64,000 bases of DNA from Adineta vaga (taxonomy: Eukaryota; Animalia; Rotifera), in contig CP075496.1 in the NCBI GenBank assembly GCA_021613535.1, forward strand, positions 6,510,001 to 6,574,000. The letters run 5' to 3'. The translations under genes were made by a program, and so were the position numbers. The notes beneath the pieces were generated by a model. It was not told the origin of the DNA and did no database searches. It saw only the letters and a program-made list of their open reading frames with translations. This document shows positions 54,069-64,000 of the stretch, piece after piece (the stretch's first letter is position 1; every line of letters begins with the position of its first letter).

Positions 54069-55675
54069 TTATTCAATTTCTTCTATTTATTATTTCTACT
54101 ACCGGTAATTAGTCCTACTAGATTTTGATTTTTTTCATCACTTATATCTTTGTTCATATTTCGATTTTCGTAATAAGCATGAGTATGCCTTTAGAGATAG
54201 GAAACATATATCTATACATCTAATATAAACAATGAAATCATTCAATTAGAGACACTTTTCTCATTTTTTTTGTTTGGTTGCGCGTGCTCTACCGGTTAAG
54301 GCAAGGTATGTTTAGCTAATTAATCTCCCGTGTGTATAACAACAATATTTGTGTGATGAAAAAGTAAAAGAGACAAAATATAAGAAATTTCTTCATTGTT
54401 ATTTACCAAAGGTTGTATATATTGAGAAAATGTTAAGAAAACAGTAACGATGTCTTCGTCATTGTAGAAATTAACTCTTCTATTATCAAGACCATTTCGT
54501 TTGATTTGATCAAGAAATCATATTGAGCATCTCAATTGAAAGAACAGTTGGAAAAGATGAAAGACTTCTTTTTTATTAATGTGATAGTGGCAAAACAGCA
54601 AAACATAATAGATTCGCTCTATGACTAGTCATTAAATTGAACAGCAGGAGAAGAAATATATATATATATATATATGTATGTCAATAGGAAGAATAAGAAA
54701 GAAATTTATTCCTTTTTTTTCTATCGATTAATTAACTATTTCAAGGTATTGTCGATTCGTCAAACACCCGACATATAAGTGGAGAACTTGATTCCACCGT
54801 TTCACTTCGATGTGAAATCGCTCAATTACCTTCAAATGCCGTTGTATGTCTTCATTCTTTGTTTGTTGGTACCTTTCATCTCTCTATTTGTAATTCAATC
54901 TTAGATTACATGGGTCTATCGACCAAGAATTCCTACGAGCAATGGAATCAAATGGTTACCATTATATGCAAATGCACGTCGTTTAACACAAAATAATCAA
55001 CGTTTTATTGTTGATTATAGTGGTTATCATCTTCAAACCGAAAAACACTTATCTGTCTTAACTATCAATCAATTGAATTTATCTGATGAAGGAATCTACA
55101 TGTGTAAATCCAATCAACATCAATATCTAGCAAATATTTTCAATATAACTGTCCTTCGTATGAGAGAAAAAAACAAACATTTGTTTGATTATTCCAATGA
55201 ATCTATTTCTATTTAGCTTCCATGAAAATCTTTCCAAATGATGGAATTCTTGAATTACATCCTTCTCAACGTTCATTCAATTTATCATGTACTGTACGAG
55301 AATTACATATAAATTCAATGGATCCATTGAATATCATATGGTATCACAATAAACATGTAATAAATCATCAACGAAATTCTCATTTAATTAATAAATATTC
55401 TCATAATAATCAAGCAACATTAATATTATATATACATAATTTATCATTGAATGATTCAGGTCTATTTACATGTGACTATAATAATGGATTAATTAGCAAA
55501 AATGTACAAATCTTATATACATCTTCGAGTAAATCTGATTTTTTGATCTAATCATCATCAAACTTTGTCCTTTTTCTTTCTAGTACTTGAATATTCAAAA
55601 TCGATGAGTAGTAAACCGATGTCTACATGGTCATCATTAGTTTTCATCATGAACATCATTTTTATTCTGCGATGA
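54065..55675 (+). CDS. Two-Ig-domain cell-surface protein, probably GPI-anchored (Dpr-like architecture)
   Basis: Signal MIIQFLLFIISTTG; Ig1 VSLRCEI..ITW..LTINQLNLSDEGIYMC; Ig2 NLSCTV..IIWY..LYIHNLSLNDSGLFTC; Ser-rich then hydrophobic terminus SSLVFIMNIIFILR*. Confidence 0.85.
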
Positions 55676-56372
55676 ATAATTATCTTTCCTTTGTCTTATG
55701 ATCATCTATTTCTTTTCTCGTTTTTCATGCATGTGTGTTACACAGTGTTTGTTATCATGTTCGTTCTTGCTTTCTTTTTTCTGTTCATCGATCCAAATTA
55801 CAAATGAAGATGACAGTTGACTCTCGATATAAGACCTTGTCACTAGATTCATAGGGAATGTTTTCTCAGGAGAATATCTGAGAGAAAAAGTCAAACGATG
55901 AATTTTATGTATATATATATATATCGATGTATGTTTCTATCATCGTCAATTGGCCTTGGAAATTTGTCGCTCGACATGTTTCCAATTATAGTTGTATTAG
56001 AAAAGAAGGGAAAAAAAGGATCTGAGGAAATTTATCCTGAAAAGAATTAATGACAAATATTGAACAAAAGCAAGAGTGAAACAATTTTCTATCGGTCTCG
56101 TTAATGTTGTAGTTCTCATGTTCCACTCACTTACTTATTATTACATCATCAACATCATCTTATCTAGAAATAATCATCCTTCTCTATCTCTCCCTTTCGT
56201 ACATTACTCATCCGGGAAATAAGTATAGAACGGATTAGTCGTTACACCACTGCTGGCAATAGATATATTCTGAAAATGAATTCATTATCAAACTACAAGG
56301 CCGAGATTGACTTAAATTCATACAATCCTTTAACCATAATCTTATTAAAACGATGCAAAATACAATTTATTA

Positions 56373-57011
56373 TTACAAATCAAAACTTTGTTCATCATCA
56401 CTTTCATATCGTCTCAAACGAACACGACTGCGCAACAATTCCACGTCACAAACATATTCACAGGGTACTTTTGAACACACCAAATCATTTGATATCACTG
56501 TCACAAGACCATTCTTCTTTGTCAATGATGATTTCCGTTCTTCATCATACATCACCACATAACTACCTTCTTCCATCGAAAAACGGCAGCCACATTCACA
56601 TTGATAACTGTTGAGAACAAGAAGTAGACGATAACTTTGACAGAGTTTAGCAAAATATTCTTGTTGGAACAATGAAGTGGAAAGTTTCGATCGAGTCGAT
56701 AGTGGAAGAGGTGATGTTGATGAAGACATGCAAGTACGAAAGAGATGACGACATTTATCGATCGATTTGTTTGTTGATAGTTGTTGTGATCGACGGCGTG
56801 GTGGTCTTGGTGGTGGAGGTGGTGAAGGTAAGGGTCGTGGTGAGAGAAGTGTATATCCGTCATCATCTTCGAGAAAAGCTACGATTGAAGACCGACATCG
56901 AGGTGCAGCATACGGAAGATCTCGTGTTTCGAGAATCGTTCTAGAACCATACGTTGACGAGTTACTGGATGTGGTTGATGAAAGTGAATGTAGAGATGGA
57001 TAAGACTGCAT
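56373..57011 (-). CDS. Proline-rich protein with degenerate Cys-rich SH3-like C-terminal domain, copy 1
   Basis: 212-aa ORF; PRPLPSPPPPPRPPRRR; LLVLNSY..FSMEEGSYVV..VPCEYV follows SH3 spacing. Probable 5'UTR intron at ~57019-57146. The ORF is conserved in the duplicate. Confidence 0.75.
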   Translation of the reverse strand: MQSYPSLHSLSSTTSSNSSTYGSRTILETRDLPYAAPRCRSSIVAFLEDDDGYTLLSPRPLPSPPPPPRPPRRRSQQLSTNKSIDKCRHLFRTCMSSSTSPLPLSTRSKLSTSLFQQEYFAKLCQSYRLLLVLNSYQCECGCRFSMEEGSYVVMYDEERKSSLTKKNGLVTVISNDLVCSKVPCEYVCDVELLRSRVRLRRYESDDEQSFDL

Positions 57012-59291
57012 TGTATGCTGAAATAAAAATGAGAATGATTATGAATGTTGTCAGATTATTTTATCAGTGTGATATTTCAATTAGAGAAAAGATGCATCTT
57101 ATATCGATCGATTCATCCAATCAATGATTCAAGTAGCTATTCTTACCGAGATGAATGTATGTGCTTTATTTTGAAATCGAAATGTTTGAGTGAAGGTTGA
57201 GGATATGAATGTGATTGTGCGTATATTTATATAAATGTTGAAAGAATGAGAGGAGAGAGAGAGGATATTGCTTAATGTTAATGAATACTAAACGACTTAC
57301 ATCAATTGAATCCAATCAATTAACCACTCACTAATTTGCACACTCACATGCGTATACAACAGAATGAAGATGTTTTTCTTCTCTTCTTTTCGTATTCAGT
57401 TTCGTTCATAAAAGCTATCATATGATGAGATCAAAATTGACTGAGAGAAGAAAAAGAACTTGTTGTTTATAGTCAATATTGTGAATGCCTGAAGGTACAG
57501 ATGAATCCATCTATAGAATATTGTTAAATATGAAAGAAATAAAGTGCAGGTGAAAATGATTGAGCAGCAGGGAGTGCTATCGTATCACGTGTGATTATTA
57601 GATAACTAACCAATTTATATTAATCTAACGATTGGCTTTGGAAATTTGAACTAACGTAAGAATCCTATGAAAAAAATCGTTTATACATGTAATTATAATG
57701 TGTGTTATTAATTGATCTATAAGATTATTACCAAGTATTTTCTCTAGGCTAAAAACTGCAATGAGTTGCATGTTCAGTTGGTATCTTCGAATACAATTTG
57801 TTCATGAAAAAAAAACTTTGAAATTAATAATATCTTTCAAAAAAGACGATGAACTATGCTGACTATGACTTTGTCATATTAGAATTGTATTTGGATGTTT
57901 TAGATCGCTTGTGATGATGTCTCAGTGTGAAAAGACTTATTCAGATTAGTATTTGACGCATTCTAATAAGTAAAACCGTACAGTCAAGAAAAGTTCTGTT
58001 GACACGAAACAATAATCCTCATATGTATCACCTATAGAAAATGTACGACACAAATGTTTTTATGAAAGGAATAATTAATATTTAGCAGAATGTTCATTAT
58101 CATCGATAACCTCTACCGGCAACATCAGCAGTTATGCATTGATGTCTGATATCAACTTTATCCTATGTTTTATCTCTCTTATTTTACTCTGTTTGGCTCA
58201 ATCATCTTTTAACAGTATTTCTTCCAATTATCCTAGGAATCTTTACCGATGGTTCTGTTGGCGTCGACAAATACTCTTGTTTTTTGTTAGCACATCTATT
58301 CTGAATCAATTAGTTTGCGCAACTGCATGTCGACCAATCGAATTCTTCTACGACCTACAACATATATTGATGTTTACAGTACAATTATGAAGCTTTCTTA
58401 TCTGCATTGGTTTCGCTTTTTTTCTCGGTGTTCAACTTGCATCAATCAGACCTGCACATCGACTATAGGAGCATACGCAAAAGAGTTATTACATCTTTTG
58501 ATGCCAGATTGACCAGCATCGTGATTGTAAAAACTTTAAAGAATAAACGATGATAAGACATTTTCTGTGAATATATAACTAGATTATCGAAAATATATGA
58601 ATAAAGTTTACTTTTGCATGAATTTTTTGTTTTGATATTAAACTAATATAGACATATTAAATAAATGGTTCTTGTCATTATTATGCACAAAATGCATACG
58701 AGATACGACATACTTCAATGTAAATATACTGTAAAAAGCATTATTTTATTGAGAAATGTGCATTTACTATGAATAAAGAAAGGTTATCAGGATTTGTGAC
58801 GAAAAATATTTTAAAGTGAATTGGAACTCCGAATGCGAGTATTTCTTATTCACCGAAAGTCATATACTTTCATACTCTAATTATCAATTTATATTCGAAA
58901 TGTTCTTATAAAATTGAGAAATCTATTCTAAACTATATTTATTCCGTTTACTCTGAATAATAAAAATATTTTTTTTATATTACAGTTTATTGTACCATAA
59001 ATATTGATGACGCAACAAAGAATTTCTCTTTCTCTACGGTTCGTCGAATAATTGTAAGTGAGCTCTTAAACACGAACATACATATATATATATTGCACGT
59101 TCATAGACGTCAAGTTGACTGACAAATTTGTTTTAAATGAATTGAGCAACGGATTGGTCTGTTATGAATTAAAGCATTTTCTGTTTGTTTATTCAATTTT
59201 AATTTGTCGAATATCTTATTTTAAGGTCATACATCTACATCTACATTTATATTAGGAGAAAAATGGAAACATAGGATATAGATCAAATAGA

Positions 59292-62200
59292 ATGACGAAC
59301 AAGAAAACTACATTTGATTCAATACCAAATGAACTTTTACTCATTATATTTTCTTATTTATCTTCATTCGATCTTTGTCAAGCTTTTCTTGATTTGAAGA
59401 ATGCTCGTATTCAATATCTTCTCACTTCAATTCAACATTCATTAAATTTTAGTTTAATGCATTACAAACAATTATATCATTGGTTAAGTAGTAATCAAGA
59501 TGACATAAATCGTTTTACTGCTTTGATAAATACTGTAATACTTGATGAGTCATGTGCTTGTAGGAAGTTGTATCGACATTGGCAAAAGACTTTTCATCAA
59601 AGTGAACGATCCAATGTACTTTTTGTATCAATAAAAAAGATTTTCATATTACACGCAGACTATTATATGTATGATTTGATTCAATCAATGTTAAAACATT
59701 TAGTTTTCGACAATAATACATTACAATATTTACATATTATCTTTAAAGAACTTACACATAATTATTCATTAGTACTCTGAACTTGTTCATCACTGTATTT
59801 CGGTTCATACTATGATATTAGAAGTTGAACAGGGTATGTTATTAAAAATATTAAATAATCTCTTTGGATACAGGAATATATTTGAGATAAATATAACATC
59901 TTTAATACGAATCTCATCCTATATGATATTATCTATGTATATACACCATGATCACGTTGATTTTGACCGTGTTGCTTAGTTTGCTGTATTTAGGGAGAAC
60001 ATCTGATACTTTTTATTTCGGTATAGCCTGATAGAGCATCGTCTACTCTATCGAACTATACAGTTTTTATTTTGTTTGTTTTAAACCTCGTTCTAAAGTC
60101 TAATAGTATTTGAGAAGCCCTGATTTTGAACTTTTGCAAACCTATATTTCACTTCGATTGAAATCATCGCTAATAAAAATTGTTTTAAATGGAAAAAAAG
60201 TACATTAATGGTCTTCGGGATTATTAATTACTCCATTTTGAGGAGAAAATAACTTTTTTTGGTAAGATTTGGCCCTTTTCTGCACATGTGAAAAACTGAC
60301 TTTATTAACGTTTTTGCGCAAATTTATCCGTAAGATCGGACGTAAAGCTAATTAAAAGTATACAAAGTAATAGAGGAGTCGATGCTTTATTCAGCTACAT
60401 GTTATATATTAAAGTAGAGATCTAAATGCTCAAAGAACTTAGACTTGTTCGAAGAAAAGTGCAAAAAGCATTTACAAAAATAGTTCAAAACTAGTTCTTG
60501 AAAAGTTCCTCAAGCTTATAGCAAAAATAAATGCTTAGCTTGACAGAGAGAAGTATGATCTGTTATTCTATATAACAATAAAAAGTGTTAATACTCTCTA
60601 CAAATTAATCATTAAGAGGTATTACCTGAAACAGGGTTCGAAAATTGCTAGTTTTAAAACATTTTCAATGACTATTTTTATGAATGCACAGAATTTGGGG
60701 ACAAGGTTTAAAATAAACAAAATAAAAACTGTATAGTTCGATAGAGTAGACGATGCTCTATCACGCTATGTCAAAATAAAAAGTATCTGATGCTCTCCCT
60801 AAATACAGCAAACTAAGCAAAACGGTCAAAATCAACGTGATCATGGTGTATAATATATAGTCATTTAATTTCATATTTATCGTGCTTATAAGAATTGTAC
60901 ATTGCTATAATTATTTTTATTTTTATTCGTTGTAGGTCAGAAATATTCTTGGCAAGATCCGATAAAGGATTTACACAGTATGGAACCACTATCTTGGCCG
61001 AACACTGTTCAACTGACATTAAGTATTCAACAGCCAAGTGAATTAAAACTTTTATTTCAACATAATGCTTTACCTGTAATTGAACAATTGAATGTTATTA
61101 ATGAGAATCAATATATCGCTTTACTGTTTCATACAAGTAAATCAATACAAGATAATCTAAGAGAAAAATCTAATGATACTATTTATCTGAAATGTTTAAT
61201 CTTACGTTATATGATACTCCATGGTGTTGTCTCATTGATTGGTTCGTTAAATATGCCTTTACTTGAGAAATTGATACTTATTGAGATGTATGATGATAGT
61301 ACGTTATTACTTCATATTTCTTTATTAATTATTTCAATATAATCAAATGTAATCATTTCACAATTAAGAATATTTGTTTTTATTTAATTTATTTTAGCAT
61401 TAGATTGTATTGGTGAATTTCAAGAACTTTGTAGTTCTACACATTTACCTTGTTTGAAAAATCTTCATTTCTCACTTTGTTTTCCTCAGGAAATGGAACC
61501 TATGTGGCAAATGAGTTCATTTAATTACAATCGTCAATGGCCTTTTAACAATATTGATTGTTATTTAGATGATTGTTATATTCGTACACAGAAAGAATCA
61601 GATTTAATTCCAAAAACACTATTTGTTATCTACACTCATCCGATTAATGTGCTCTTTCGTTACAAACGAACTTTTTACAATTATGGTTTTACAACACATA
61701 TCTACACGTCCCATTCGTACAATTCGGCGACGATTGATTCAATGGACTTGTGATCAAAAATATGATATTGATCAATGCAACAAAACTCTACGAATAATTG
61801 CAAGTGGTCATGTTAATGAACTTCATTTAACATATTTAAATGAACGAGTAAGTCATATTAGTTTTTTCTTCCCAAAATTAAACAAATTTTGAAAATTAAG
61901 TAGTTTTTATTTTTGCGTAGTTCAACTTTGATGTGAATAGTTGAAACAATTCGAAATTTTAGAGTTACTAGAGATTGTTCTTTATAAGTATATAAATTAA
62001 TCTATTTCAGCACTTTTTAAAATGTGTATAGTTATAGAAAAAAAGAAGATTCGATATACTTTTAGGCGAATATATCAATAGCATCAAATTGTCTTTCAAA
62101 TTGGAATTTAACTTTTAATTATGTACGATCTATTATATTGAATATTGAATCAAATTCAATGAAGAGATATGAGCGTATCGCCATAATGGAACGAATTCTT

Positions 62201-62623
62201 GATGCATCATCAAATCTTTCACATCTTGTCGTGTCATGGAAAGATTTTCGTCATACCAGACGACAATATTCAAATATAAGACATCTAAATATTATGTTAG
62301 ATAAAGGTTATTATGAAGATTTCAAAGATTATTTTAATTTTCATCGAATAATTGAAATAACACCACATTTAAATTCTCTTAAGATGGAAAATTCAATTAT
62401 GATGTTAAATGAAAATCTTATTGAATTTATTTTGAATATTATTCGACAATTTGATGAATTAATACATTTAATATTAAATAAAAAATGTCATTATGGATCT
62501 AAATATAGTAAAAAAGTCATATTTAGAGATAAATTATTTGCAACTCTTCATAATCAATTATTTGATTGGAATAAAAGTCAATTTGAATTTGGTGGAAATA
62601 ACGAATTACGTATTTGGCTTTAA
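59292..62623 (+). pseudogene. F-box domain gene with two apparent frameshifts
   Basis: F-box TFDSIPNELLLIIFSYLSSFDLCQAF. Exons join in phase only if 2 nt are restored at ~59776 and at ~61700. Confidence 0.75.
59944..60848. mobile_element. MITE / non-autonomous DNA transposon, 905 bp, TA target duplication (Tc1/mariner-type)
   Basis: TIRs 59944-60088 and 60704-60848 (CACCATGATCACGTTGATTTTGACCG...), about 8 mismatches in 145 nt by hand count, TA on both flanks, no internal ORF. Confidence 0.92.
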
Positions 62624-63638
62624 TATCATTACATATGGGTTCATATTCATACCGATGTTTATCGTATGAAAGTAATTTAGACAAACTGAATAAATCTATG
62701 AATTATCTTGTTATAGAATTCGAAATTGAGAGATGTTATTACATTCGTTCGTTAATTGTTTAATATGATGTCAATACTAATGCTTTTTCTACTATCACAT
62801 GTGAATTTATAAAAATTAATTTTTAATAATAAATATTCGTTTTCATTTTCGAATATTAAGAAAAACAGATTGATAATAAAATGCATAGAGTAAATCATAA
62901 TTTTGAACATAAAAATAAAAAATTAATTTCATTTGAAAACATTAATGAAAATGTAAATATTGATCTTTATTCAAAACTAAAAGTATCGATTGATTAGCTT
63001 TCAAAACATTGAAATTGTTTATTTGGAAAGATGATCTATTGGTGTCAGTTCGCATTGAATTAATCCAAGAGAAATCTGTAAATGAAACTATATTTCGATT
63101 GACTAATAGATGATTATTATGAAGAGTTTTTGAATTATATCGTTGTTGAAAATAAAACTTTCACTAGACACGAACGATCTATTCATACATGCGACGTTGG
63201 AAGACTTACGATCGCAGAATCAATGACGGATACGTGTTACTTCTTTGATCGTATGATTTTTCAACAACTCCGCTTTTTTCCTATCGTCAGAATTGATATT
63301 GCATAATGAATTCTTCAGTTACTCATTAATGCATCTTTTTTATGTATCACTAGATGAATATTGTAATGAATACGAAATACTGTACTTTTTTCATCATCGC
63401 TCAAGTACTCTAAATCAATTTCAACTACGATAGAAAAATTGTGATCGATCACATCACATAAATTATGCACAAGGCGTACTACACATTCTTAAATGAATCA
63501 CAAGTATACAAAGCCTTAGTTTTCTATGAGAAGTTAGATGCTGATGGTTATTTCATCACTCCTGTAAAGTTAACATTGTTTTAGCTGATTAACAAGTTAA
63601 TATTTATTATAAATAAAAATGTAAAATACAATTCATGA

Positions 63639-64000
63639 TTACAAATCAAAACTTTGTTCATCATCACTTTCATATCGTCTCAAACGAACACGACTGCGCA
63701 ACAATTCCACGTCACAGACAAATTCACACGGTACTTTTGAACACACCAAATCATTTGATATCACTGTCACAAGACCATTCTTCTTTGTCAATGATGATTT
63801 CTGTTCTTCATCATACAACACCACATAACTACCTTCTTGCATCGAAAAACGGCAGCCACATTCACATTGATAACTGTTGAGAACAAGAAGTAGACGATGA
63901 CTTTGACAGAGTTTAGCAAAATATTCTTGTTGGAACAATGATGTGGAAAGTTTCGACTGAGTCGATAGTGGAAGAGGTGATGTTGATGAAGACATGCAAG
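63639..64000 (-). CDS. Second copy of the SH3-like gene (5' part beyond the window)
   Basis: About 10 substitutions in 362 nt versus 56373-56734, with no indels or stops. Confidence 0.8.
   Translation of the reverse strand, partial: CMSSSTSPLPLSTQSKLSTSLFQQEYFAKLCQSHRLLLVLNSYQCECGCRFSMQEGSYVVLYDEEQKSSLTKKNGLVTVISNDLVCSKVPCEFVCDVELLRSRVRLRRYESDDEQSFDL

Noticed and set aside
56276-57003. Several ORFs overlapping the SH3-like gene in other frames or strands
   Set aside because: Shadows of a GC-richer CDS; their recurrence at 63635 just reflects the duplication.
1-64000. Horizontally acquired genes, CRISPR, tRNA/rRNA, telomeric repeats or spliced-leader gene
   Set aside because: None recognised; every identified gene is a eukaryotic/metazoan type.

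Overview
AT-rich, gene-dense eukaryotic DNA with many short (about 50-70 nt) GT-AG introns. The style and gene content suggest a metazoan, probably a bdelloid rotifer, but that is inference only. Hand-spliced genes in order: Rubicon (-), with an intronless neuropeptide-precursor gene nested antisense in one intron; DCP2 (+); synaptotagmin-4/11-like (+); GATAD2/p66 (+); TMUB (+); an uncharacterised protein (+); Rab27 (-); SLC4A11-like transporter (+) with two candidate first exons; Nrf2/CNC bZIP (-) with a DxETGE degron; MRPL13 (-) head-to-head with CDK20 (+); a TM plus degenerate-C2 protein (+); a decayed gene fragment (-); a divergent Aurora kinase (+); and a two-Ig, probably GPI-anchored protein (+) behind two chained stop-start uORFs. 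The last 8 kb look dynamic: two copies (~97% identical) of a degenerate SH3-like gene flank a frameshifted F-box gene that carries a 905-bp MITE with 145-bp inverted repeats. The best candidate for an undescribed system is the nested prepropeptide, predicted to give a 31-residue ...RHYI-amide peptide that I cannot assign to a family. No rRNA, tRNA, CRISPR or clearly foreign gene was seen. All homology calls come from recalled motifs, not database searches.
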